From: an uncultured Acidobacteriota bacterium
GTDB lineage: Bacteria > Acidobacteriota > UBA6911
Direction: 5' to 3'
DNA length: 64,000 nt
Assembly (NCBI GenBank): GCA_964651155.1
Contig: CAZYXB010000004.1
Span: forward strand, 46,386 to 110,385
Positions 41,328 through 50,073 of the stretch are shown in pieces; position 1 is the first letter of the stretch; each line of letters opens with the position of its first letter. The translations under genes and the position numbers were made by a program. The notes beneath the pieces are model-generated. The model was not told the DNA's origin. It saw only the letters and a program-made list of their open reading frames with translations, and searched no databases.

Positions 41328-42339
41328 GACTCCGTCGCTGACAAAATTTAGAGATGAATTCCAGGAATTGCTGCTGGATTTCCTTTGGCGGCAATGGTCC
41401 GCATTGGGAATTGCGGGTCATGCGCAGCCCCTGGATCAATGGATCATCGATCCGGAAGCTTTGTTCTTGGTTACCTGCACTGTGGGGCGCCACGATCCTC
41501 GCCTGTTTGATGAGGTGCTGGATTGGGTCAAAACAAACGGAACCTTCATGAACATTCTTCGGCTCAAGCGCCTCTTGCGCACCGAAAAGTTTGCCGGAGA
41601 GCGCGTTCTTTCAGCCGTGGCAGGGTTAATGAGCAGCAAATCCGATGTGCTGAAGTGGAAGAGCCTGGCTGAATCGGTTCAACCCTGACAGAAATCCGAG
41701 ACTCTATTTTTTGCGAAAAATGGGCATCCTCTCCCATCATTCGTCAAAGAAGATCCGCATTTCGCCCGGTATGGCTACAAGCGTGGCCCGATACGAAGCC
41801 GTAATCAGTCGCAAGCCTTTCGGGCAACCGAACAAACTAATCTGATGCTGCAACTGCGCGCGCTGTTCGGCATCAACGTTCGATGCGAGATCATCCTCTA
41901 TCTGCTACCCCATGAGGCTGCGCATCCCCCTCGTATCGCCCGAGACGCCTATTACTGCGGGTGCACCGTACAAAACACACTTGTGGACACGTCTCATTCC
42001 GGAGTCATTCATTTGCGAACGGCAGGGCGTAGGAAGCTTTATTGGCTCAAGCCAGATACCTGGGCAGCCTTGCTGAATCGCAAGGAACCGTTTCCAAAAT
42101 GGGTTACCTGGCCTCCGCTATTCAGCGCTTTAGAGCGCATCTGGCTGAAGCTTAACGATACCCTATTGCTACAAGCAGATCCGCTGCTGCAGTCCTCCGA
42201 GGTGCGGCGTATCATGATGCAAGCTCGCCCCCATGTCGAAAGGGCAGGATTTGATAAAGCACTATCAGAGGACCGCCAATATATCGGGGAATCGTACCTC
42301 CCGGTGTTTTTGTCAGATCTCCGACGACTCTTCCGATAG
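41320..42339 (+). pseudogene. Two same-frame ORFs (122 and 164 aa) separated by in-frame stops. Probable disrupted hypothetical gene
   Basis: 41320..41688 and 41845..42339 share a frame. Lower GC. No recognised family. Confidence 0.25.
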
Positions 42340-42473
42340 GGCGTACTCCAAATGGAATTTTCAAAGCTGTACTCCATTAAGAATATGCTTTTCCCGGACC
42401 TGCATAGACTGGGCGTTTTCTAGTCATCAAACATCAACGCCGTGGGACCTATGTTCTTTATTTTCAATGTTGA

Positions 42474-42523
42474 GCCAATTTCCCAAACTGGACGTCGCAG
42501 GTTTGATCCCCGTCTCCGCTCCC
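42474..42523 (+). repeat. Degenerate direct copy of the tRNA-Gly 3' half (anticodon stem-loop to 3' end). attR-like
   Basis: gccaatttcccaaactggacgtcgcaggtttgatccccgtctccgctccc vs tRNA gccagcttcccaagctggacgtcgcgggttcgatccccgtctcccgctcca (about 43/50). Confidence 0.6.
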
Positions 42524-42673
42524 TAGAGCAACAGGATCCTGTTCCCCATCGCTCGTGGCCGTTTTGAAAGCCAGGCGGCCGGGTTCTGGGCGTCCCGGTG
42601 AAAGAACGGATTTGTCGCACACTTCTTCCGGGAAAAAACCATGGAAACAGGACGTCATTTATCCTATACGCAG

Positions 42674-43203
42674 CTATTCCAGTCGCTTGAATTTGTAGCT
42701 GACAGCCATACCGCTGCCGGACATATTCCCTTTCGCCGAAGGCGCCGCGTCCATTCCCGGCATGACCAGTTTGTCGTATTGCGGGGTCAGTATGAGGGTG
42801 TCGTTCCCCTCCATTCTACAGCCGAAAGTCATGGAGGCTCCTCCTCCGCCCATCATAGATACCAGATGATGGACTACCAGGGTGGAGCCATCGTATTCAT
42901 AGGTTCCGGCGTCCGCCATAAAACTCCGGGTGCTTCCGTACGCGCCTCCACTGGAAGTGGAACCCTCCTTCTGCGATAGATCGCGGATCGAGCTGTAGTG
43001 CCGGTCCATGATATAGAGCATGAAAGCCTTGGGAGTTGTGGTGTCCTTGGTATCCCCGCTGCCTATATCCATTTCAGTAATGGTCCATACCCCTTTGATG
43101 GACGGCTTGGCTTTTTCACCGGATGCTTTCTGTTCTGCGCTGAAGGCGGTCGAAAGCGACACCATCGATACAAGGCAAAAAATCAGCAAAGAGCGTTTCA
43201 TAC
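42674..43203 (-). CDS. Secreted lipocalin-like / small beta-barrel protein
   Basis: Signal peptide MKRSLLIFCLVSMVSLSTAFSA. The mature domain KGVWTITEMDIGSG... is lipocalin-like, a weak call. Confidence 0.45.
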
Positions 43204-43284
43204 AATTATCCCCTTTGAATATTTTGAAAAGTGGTTTCGAATTACGGCGGAAATATTGTACCACTTCGGCGCAGCCCTGCTTCT

Positions 43285-44310
43285 CTAAAAGATTCCTTCA
43301 CGGACCTGATTGCCCTTTGTTTCTCCGGCGATTCCCACGACATTGTCGGGATCGGCGGATTCGTTTTCCGGCAACGGCCATTCCATTGGAACCTTCGCCA
43401 AAAGGGCCACACTCTTCAGCCCGTTCAATTTGGCGGACCCATCGACGGCCGGAATGTCCGAATAATATTCGAACCACGGCAGACCGGCCGCCGTGTACGT
43501 TTTCGCCGTGGGCAGCACCGTGGGGGGGGCGTCGCCTGTGATCGATCTCCATGCCGTGGAGTTTGCGATATGGACAAAACATCGGCTCCGGTGATTTTGA
43601 TCCCAGTCGTAAACGCCGAAAGGATCGTCGTAAATCTTCTGCCGCATACGCCCGCCCGGTGCGAGACCCATGGCAAATAATACATCAAAATGATCTTCCT
43701 TCACGACTAGTGGCGCTGACTGCCGGGCATCGCGTTTCTGTTTTGGGAACCGTCGTTCAAAAACTTCTCGTTTCATCGGGTAAACGACGATCTGTATGCC
43801 GCCATATTCGCCCTTGCCCGTCAGTTGTTCCTCGGCGGTATACCCGGCCCCGAGCGGCATCGCGACAAATTGACGGATAATCCCTTCTTCGACACAGTAC
43901 CCGTCCAGCCACGGTTGCACGGGCGAGACAAGATAGTCCTGCCGCGCTGTGTCCAGTTCGTTTGACCAGGATTCCCCGGTCACGGCGTTGATTTTGCCGG
44001 CGCCGATTTTTATCGCGAAGGGATACGATGTGCCGCGGTCCGGAATACCAAAAGTGTCAAAGGACATCCACATCGCCTCCGATTGGTACATCGGCAGGAA
44101 AATGCCCCCACGCTCAACCCACCCGGGCGGAACAGTTTCCCTGAAATCATCGACGACCTTCAGGGGGAAAGAACCCAGCCCGGGGGGCAGGGGATACTTC
44201 CGGTTGTCGTCGGGAATCCGTAGTGTTCTTTGGAAGTCGATACCGAGTACGGCGTCCTGATGGACATCCTTGAATGAAAAAATTAGGGAGTCGTTGTGTA
44301 GTTGGACCAT
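43285..44310 (-). CDS. Hypothetical 341-aa protein, no recognisable domain
   Basis: Good coding potential, lower GC than the core genome. Lies between the XRE regulator and the lipocalin-like gene on the same strand, with 31-nt spacing from the XRE stop. Confidence 0.5.
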   Translation of the reverse strand: MVQLHNDSLIFSFKDVHQDAVLGIDFQRTLRIPDDNRKYPLPPGLGSFPLKVVDDFRETVPPGWVERGGIFLPMYQSEAMWMSFDTFGIPDRGTSYPFAIKIGAGKINAVTGESWSNELDTARQDYLVSPVQPWLDGYCVEEGIIRQFVAMPLGAGYTAEEQLTGKGEYGGIQIVVYPMKREVFERRFPKQKRDARQSAPLVVKEDHFDVLFAMGLAPGGRMRQKIYDDPFGVYDWDQNHRSRCFVHIANSTAWRSITGDAPPTVLPTAKTYTAAGLPWFEYYSDIPAVDGSAKLNGLKSVALLAKVPMEWPLPENESADPDNVVGIAGETKGNQVREGIF

Positions 44311-44341
44311 GGTCGTACCCCTGAAAATGTAAGTGAATCGG

Positions 44342-44698
44342 CTACCATTTGCCGTCTCGCACCTCGCGCACCAAGCCCTCGATTTGTGTATCCGGAGCCC
44401 GTTTGAGTTCGCGGATCAGTTTCGAAAAAAGCCGCGGACGTTCGCAAATGACCTGCTGCAAATCGCCGGAAACTTTGCCTGCGAGTGCCAGCAAAACATC
44501 GGGATCTTCCCCAAGAACCTCTGCCAGCGCCACAATCTTTGCTTCCGAGGGGGGCCCCTGTTCTCCCCGCTCCACCTTGCTGAGGAATGCCGGTTGGACT
44601 CCGACGCGTGCCGCGACTTTCCGCACGGAGAAGTTCGGATCCACGGCCCGGAGCGATTCGCGTACTTGGCGGACATAGGCTCCAAATTTGGATTGCAT
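44342..44698 (-). CDS. XRE-family helix-turn-helix transcriptional regulator (cI/Cro-like), apparently leaderless
   Basis: MQSKFGAYVRQVRESLRAVDPNFSVRKVAARVGVQPAFLSKVERGEQGPPSEAKIVALAEVL is the classic HTH_XRE. TTGACA-17-TACAGT promoter ends 7 nt before the ATG. Confidence 0.7.
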   Translation of the reverse strand: MQSKFGAYVRQVRESLRAVDPNFSVRKVAARVGVQPAFLSKVERGEQGPPSEAKIVALAEVLGEDPDVLLALAGKVSGDLQQVICERPRLFSKLIRELKRAPDTQIEGLVREVRDGKW

Positions 44699-44700
44699 GT

Positions 44701-44727
44701 CGTATACTGTATAGTATACAGTATACG
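44701..44727. promoter_or_regulatory. 27-bp near-perfect palindrome cgtatactgtata-g-tatacagtatacg. Candidate operator overlapping divergent promoters
   Basis: Arms GTATACTGTATA/TATACAGTATAC, one central mismatch. Sits between the XRE start (44698) and the divergent ORF start (44778). Confidence 0.5.
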
Positions 44728-44777
44728 TTGTCAAGTGGATATTCCAATGCTCGGATACATAACATAGGCGGTCGGGA

Positions 44778-45224
44778 ATGAAAAGATATGATGAGCGATT
44801 ACAGGCTGCGGTGGAAAGAATCTGTCTGCAGAGCGGCGAAACAGCCATGATCGATCAAGGCTATTATGAATATTTCGCGACTATCTCAGAGAAAGATATG
44901 CGGGGTGTCATCTGTCGCATCATAATCGCCACATCGGATGTAATAAACAAGAATATACTAACCGGGAAATGGAACGACGAGGATATGTACACCTTTGTCC
45001 AGATGCTGCTGGAACTATTATCTGAAGGGAAGATCTTTTTCACCGAAGACGACGGGAAAATGAGTTTCCAAAAGCCAATCGGGCATCCGGCCGTTGGAGA
45101 TACATACAATACAATCAGGGAAAAGATCGAGAACAGCAGACCCTTGATCCGAAGGGTTTTTATGGATATCGTACGATTACAGAATACGAGACGACCCGAG
45201 CAGATTCGACTATTCGATCCCTAG
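44778..45224 (+). CDS. Hypothetical 148-aa soluble protein, no recognisable domain
   Basis: Divergent from the XRE regulator. GC about 50%. MKRYDERLQAAVERICLQSGETAMIDQGYYEYF... Confidence 0.45.
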   Translation: MKRYDERLQAAVERICLQSGETAMIDQGYYEYFATISEKDMRGVICRIIIATSDVINKNILTGKWNDEDMYTFVQMLLELLSEGKIFFTEDDGKMSFQKPIGHPAVGDTYNTIREKIENSRPLIRRVFMDIVRLQNTRRPEQIRLFDP

Positions 45225-45262
45225 GAAGAACGAGCAAGAAACAACTGCTGGAGGGGATACCC

Positions 45263-45940
45263 ATGGAAGCAGAGAGAAGCGCCTGCAGACTTGGTTTCTG
45301 GTCGGCCATACTGGTATCGGTATCTAGCGTCTCCTACGTCTTGGGCCAGATCGCAGAGTGGTTCGGGCTCATGGGGTCCGGCGGCGGACCGGAGAACGAC
45401 AGCACCTGGTACGGCCTCGTGGTACTCCTTGTCCCTTCCCTGTTTCTCGGGATTTCCTTTGTGATCATGATGGGATGCGTCCACAGCCAGGCACCCGCGG
45501 GGAAGAGAATCTGGAGTCAAACCGGGCTCGCATTCGCGACGATGTACGGCACGTTGATCTGCATGAACTACTTTGTCCAGCTCACGCTCGTTGCTCCAGC
45601 CCTTTACCGCGGCGATGTCAGCGACAGCGTCCGACCCTTTCTTTTCAACGTCTTCAATTCCTTTACCTATTCGGTAGACCTCCTCGGATACAGCTTCATG
45701 AGTTTGTCCACGCTTTTCGCGGCTTTCGTATTCATGGGGCCGGGATTGCAGAAGACGGTCCGGTGGTTTCTCATAGCGAACGGCCTCATCGTGCCCTGTA
45801 TCGCCCTTCAGACCTTCTACCATCCTTTGATATGGGGCGCTTCTTTGTGGGCGGTGACAATGCCGGGTGCCTCCATCTCTCTTGCCGTATTCTTCGGGAA
45901 GAAGCTCCGGGGGCACCTGGGCGATGAATCACTTCTGTAG
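45263..45940 (+). CDS. Hypothetical integral membrane protein (about 6 TM)
   Basis: Hydrophobic segments AILVSVSSVSYVLGQI, GLVVLLVPSLFLGISFVIMMG and LAFATMYGTLICMNYFVQLTLVAPAL. Follows the 148-aa ORF by 38 nt. Confidence 0.5.
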   Translation: MEAERSACRLGFWSAILVSVSSVSYVLGQIAEWFGLMGSGGGPENDSTWYGLVVLLVPSLFLGISFVIMMGCVHSQAPAGKRIWSQTGLAFATMYGTLICMNYFVQLTLVAPALYRGDVSDSVRPFLFNVFNSFTYSVDLLGYSFMSLSTLFAAFVFMGPGLQKTVRWFLIANGLIVPCIALQTFYHPLIWGASLWAVTMPGASISLAVFFGKKLRGHLGDESLL

Positions 45941-46006
45941 CACCGGGGAAGAGACCGGCCGAAGCAACAGAGGCTGCCGCCGCCGCCGGCCATGCAAATT
46001 CCGGGG

Positions 46007-46945
46007 TCATGGAGTTGTGAAGGCCGATGCCGGTGCCTTGCTGTGAAATGCCTCGTCAGCACCCGGTCGATCTCCCCGCTGAAGGCCGTTTCGATTTCCG
46101 ACAGGATCCTCAGGCCGAAGATACATGCGAGCGCTATCGGGTTCTGCCCGGTAATCGGTGTGCCCCTCGTAGAAGCCGTACCGTATGATGTAGTGTAGTA
46201 CGCATCCATTTCGCCCGTGTGCAAGCGGGTCAGGCGTCGTATCATGCCCTCGCGGCCTGCCGGGCTCAAATGGGCATACGCACCGTCGAGAAGTCGCCGC
46301 TCGCTGCCGGCCAATTTCCGCCAGAGTTCGATGTCGAAAGCCCCTGGATTTCGTCGTTGAAAATGGACTCCTGGAAACCTTTGGTCTCTGCTGCGACCGC
46401 AGGCGAATCTCCCGTCTGTTATAGCGGAAACTCACGACATCTTCCTTGAAGCGCCCGAGTCTGCCGAGTTCGTATTCAGATAGCAGCAGGTTCCATGCGT
46501 GAAACAGCGGGCGGGCCAGATCCGGGTGTTTCAGGCCCAACCGCCGGACCGGTTCGTTGCCGGCATCCAGAACGGAGAGAATGTCCTCGTCTGCGGCCAG
46601 AAAACCGGGTCCGGACGCCATCCCGGGCCGTGCCGGACGGGTGATTTCCCGGACCGGCTTCCCGATGATGCTCCGCGTAGGCGCCAATTCCTCTGGCGAG
46701 TGCAGGCCGCTCGACGCCAGAGTTGGGGAATCGTCGCTATCCACCGGAAGCTGTCGGCCTTTGCCGATCTTCCCCGCGCCGTAGTGCAGGTTGAAGGTGC
46801 CATTCTCAACGGTCACAGGGACAATGGCACCGGCTCCCAGGGCGGTGCGGACCACCAGGTATTGCCGGACTTCCCCGGTTTCGGGGACGGGCTCGCGCTT
46901 GGCCCGAAGCCAGGGCGGAACGCGGATCGAGGTTGCCGGCCGATG
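46007..46945 (-). pseudogene. High-GC coding region on the minus strand with an apparent frameshift near 46310-46390. Hypothetical
   Basis: Frame a (ORF 46007..47164) has high GC3 through ...GAGAIVPVTVENGTFNLHYGAGKIGKGRQLPVDSDD...LGRFKEDVV. A second frame (ORF 45817..46314) then looks more protein-like (FDIELWRKLAGSERRLLDGAYAHLSPAGREGMIRRLTRLHTGEMDAYY). Confidence 0.3.
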
Positions 46946-47111
46946 CATCGAACAGCCGCAACCTTGCATCCCGGGGTTTGGCAACCTTGAAAATCTCCGG
47001 AGTAGGGCCACCCTATCGCCGGGTTCCTCCAGAGGGAGAGAAGCAGGACACTCCGCGCAGCACCGGAAACTATTCTTGCGCGCAAACGGGTTTGATGGTT
47101 TTCTGTAGTCG

Positions 47112-48332
47112 GTGGACCTTTGGGGGGCGGGTGTGCATCCGGACAAACGACTGTTTTTCTGCAATGTTGATTTTGACGCCGGCCTGGCTTCGGGCTGTTC
47201 CCCGCGGCAGAAGAAATACTGCCTTGAGGCGCAGTTCTATTACTTCCTCTGTGGCAGCGGCCGGGACAGGATCCTTGTCGATGCCGTCCCCGATCCGGCG
47301 TACCTGCCGTATCTGGCCGAGCAGGGTATCGATGCGCCCCGGCGATGTTGCGATGGGGAACTGTTGCCGGAGCATGTCGCTGATCCCTGGGGCTGGACCG
47401 CGTCGGCCGTCGAACGGTTCCACCGGCACGGCGCACAAATATTTCGCCCGCCTCCGGACAGCGTGCGGAAAGTCAACAGCCGCCGTTTCTGTCACCGGGT
47501 GGCCGCGCGCCACGATCTGGGGATCGCGGGATCGACCATCTGCGAATCTGCGGGGGAAGCCCGTCGCCGGATTCGCAGAGGCCGTTCCTTCCCCCTGGTT
47601 CTGAAGCCGGAACATGGGAACGCCGGAATCGGTCTTGTCCTTGTGCCCTCCGCGGATCCGGCCCCCGAGGGTGGGATCGGCCGGCTCTTTTCCCGTAACG
47701 GCGCGGCGGCGGTCGTCGAGCCGTGGGTGAACCGTATAGCGGATATTTCCACGCGCCTTGTGCTCGATGTCGGCGGCCGCACCGTATCGACGGCCCACCA
47801 TCGGGCCCTGAATAACCGGGCGGGCGTCTATTTCGGGAACATGTTCGAATCCGGGGATCCAGTGCTTGAAAAATGGCGCTCCAGGCTCGATGCCGGGGCC
47901 ATGGCGGTCTCAGAGGAACTGCACGCAGAAGGGTATTTCGGACCGGCAGGCCTGGACTGGATTGTCTACACCGACGATTCCACCGGAGATGAAGCCTGCG
48001 CGCTCGTCGATATCAACGCCAGGCAGCCGATGAGCTTCGTCGCCTATTGTCTCCGCGAACGTCTGCCGGCTGCCGGACACTGCAGTTTCCACCTGGCGCC
48101 GCGCCGCCGTTATCCCGGCCTGACCGATTACGGATCCTGGTACAGGGGATGCGGAAGGAACGCCTACGATCCGGACCGTTCGACCGGCATCCTGCTGTGC
48201 ACGCCGCTGTCGTACACCGTGGGGCAGGTCCGGCACCGTCCCATGCGGCACGGATTCTTCATAGTGGCGAACACCCGGGGGGAGATGCTCGAATACGACC
48301 GGCGTCTCCGGACCGCGTTCGGGAAGGCCTGA
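47112..48332 (+). CDS. ATP-grasp domain protein
   Basis: SFPLVLKPEHGNAGIGLVLV and ACALVDINARQ match ATP-grasp B-loop/Mg-site patterns. GTG start, uncertain. Confidence 0.6.
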   Translation: MDLWGAGVHPDKRLFFCNVDFDAGLASGCSPRQKKYCLEAQFYYFLCGSGRDRILVDAVPDPAYLPYLAEQGIDAPRRCCDGELLPEHVADPWGWTASAVERFHRHGAQIFRPPPDSVRKVNSRRFCHRVAARHDLGIAGSTICESAGEARRRIRRGRSFPLVLKPEHGNAGIGLVLVPSADPAPEGGIGRLFSRNGAAAVVEPWVNRIADISTRLVLDVGGRTVSTAHHRALNNRAGVYFGNMFESGDPVLEKWRSRLDAGAMAVSEELHAEGYFGPAGLDWIVYTDDSTGDEACALVDINARQPMSFVAYCLRERLPAAGHCSFHLAPRRRYPGLTDYGSWYRGCGRNAYDPDRSTGILLCTPLSYTVGQVRHRPMRHGFFIVANTRGEMLEYDRRLRTAFGKA

Positions 48333-48350
48333 ACCCTGTCGGCACCGATC

Positions 48351-49286
48351 ATGACGGATTCGAATGCAAACAGCCTGGTGATCTGCGGGCCCACCGCTTC
48401 GGGGAAGACCTCCCTCGGCGTCGCTCTTGCCCTGGAGTTCCGGGGCGAGATCCTCTCGGCCGACTCCCGGCAGGTATACCGCGGCATGGACATCGGAACC
48501 GGGAAGGACCTGCATGCGTATGCCACGACTTGCAAAGAGGTGCCCTATCACCTGATCGATGTTCGCGATCCCGGGGATCTGTATACCCTCCACCAGTACC
48601 AGCGCGATTTCTACGCCTGCTTCCGGGATGTCCGGCGCAGGGGGCGGCTGCCGGTTGTCGTCGGCGGCACCGGTTTGTATATCGAGGCGGTGCTCCGGCG
48701 CTACCGCATACCCAACGTGCCCGAAGACCGCGAGCTGAGGCGGTCTTTGATGCGCGAAAGTGCCGAAGGGCTGCTCCTCCATCTCAAGACGCTTGACCCG
48801 GCCCTGTATCGGACGACCGATACAGGCAGCAAGAAGCGGGTGGTCCGTTCGCTGGAGATCGCGCTCTACGGACGGGACCATACAATCACATGGAGCGACG
48901 AGAATCCGCCCCGGATAGATCCGCTGGTCCTGGGGATTCGATGGCCGCGGGGAGAACTGCACGAACGGATCGACCGGCGCCTCCGACAGCGGCTGGACCA
49001 GGGCATGATCGGGGAAGTGGAAAGGATCCTCCGGGGCGGTGTGCCGAGGGAGCGGTTCGATCTGTTCGGCATGGAATACAGGCATGTCGCATCCTACCTG
49101 GACGGGGCTGTCTCCTTCCAGGAAATGGTCTGCAACCTGCGGCGCGCGATTTACCAGCTAGCGAAACGTCAGGAGACCTGGTTTCGGGGCATGCAGCGGC
49201 GCGGGATACCCATCCACTGGGTGGATCGCGCGGATATGGATGCGGCCAGGCTGATTGTCCGGTCCGCCGGGTTTTCTGCGGCCTGA
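48351..49286 (+). CDS. miaA: tRNA dimethylallyltransferase-like (IPT family)
   Basis: P-loop GPTASGKT. DSRQVYRGMDIGTGK. YHLIDV. 311 aa. Confidence 0.7.
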   Translation: MTDSNANSLVICGPTASGKTSLGVALALEFRGEILSADSRQVYRGMDIGTGKDLHAYATTCKEVPYHLIDVRDPGDLYTLHQYQRDFYACFRDVRRRGRLPVVVGGTGLYIEAVLRRYRIPNVPEDRELRRSLMRESAEGLLLHLKTLDPALYRTTDTGSKKRVVRSLEIALYGRDHTITWSDENPPRIDPLVLGIRWPRGELHERIDRRLRQRLDQGMIGEVERILRGGVPRERFDLFGMEYRHVASYLDGAVSFQEMVCNLRRAIYQLAKRQETWFRGMQRRGIPIHWVDRADMDAARLIVRSAGFSAA

Positions 49287-49431
49287 TGATGTGCCGTATC
49301 CGTCCGCGTTACCAAAGAGGGCGAAATCCCGCGGCAGGGAGGGGAAACGGAGCCGCTCACCGAACTTGGCGGTATTTCGGGGAATCCGCTGCAGGGATCT
49401 CGGATGAGGGGGCGGCTTCGGCAGTGCGCTA

Positions 49432-49902
49432 GGGGCGGATGACAACGCAATCGACCATGGGGCGCATGATGAATTCGGCAGCCTGCTCCGGATCCATGGG
49501 CTTCCCGCCGAGCTCGGATACGGCAGCGATTTCGTCGGAGTCGGCCACGCAGAGGTACAGCTGGAAGATGCCGCCGCTCATGGTCGTGCAGCGCAGAACG
49601 GCGCTTCCTGGATTGTAACTTATGTCCGTGTAGGTTTGGACGGGGACCAGATGCTGGTAGACCACCTCGACCCGGATACCCTCGCTGAATCGGGAAATGC
49701 CGCCGGAGAGCTTGAGTACCGGCAGGGAATCCACCACCGTCTCAAGGCTTTTCTGAATCTGGCTCCAGAACTTGGGGCCTTCCTGCTGCAGGCGGGCCGA
49801 ATTCTCGACCTCCCGCTTTCTGGCGGCGTCCCTTTGGGCGTCGACAAGCGCATACTCATGCCGAAGCTTCTCCATCCATGCCGGAACGGGTGCTTTGTCC
49901 AT
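49432..49902 (-). CDS. Hypothetical protein
   Basis: Start set at MDKAPVPAWMEKL. No recognised domain. Confidence 0.35.
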
Positions 49903-50073
49903 CGATGTATCCACAGCCTTTACACATGCAGGGAATAAGGGAATAAACCAGGCGGATACGCTTGAGGCGGCGCCTCCGCCCATCCGCAGCGGGCTAGCGA
50001 CGACTCCGGAAACAAAGGCTGCACGAACCGGCGCGGGACGTTCCGTGCGATTCGTGCAGCCTGTTGGGTGTGG

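Noticed and set aside
46499-46990. 163-aa plus-strand ORF in the 46-47 kb region
   Set aside because: Poor amino-acid composition. The opposite strand shows strong GC3 periodicity, so this is likely an antisense artefact.
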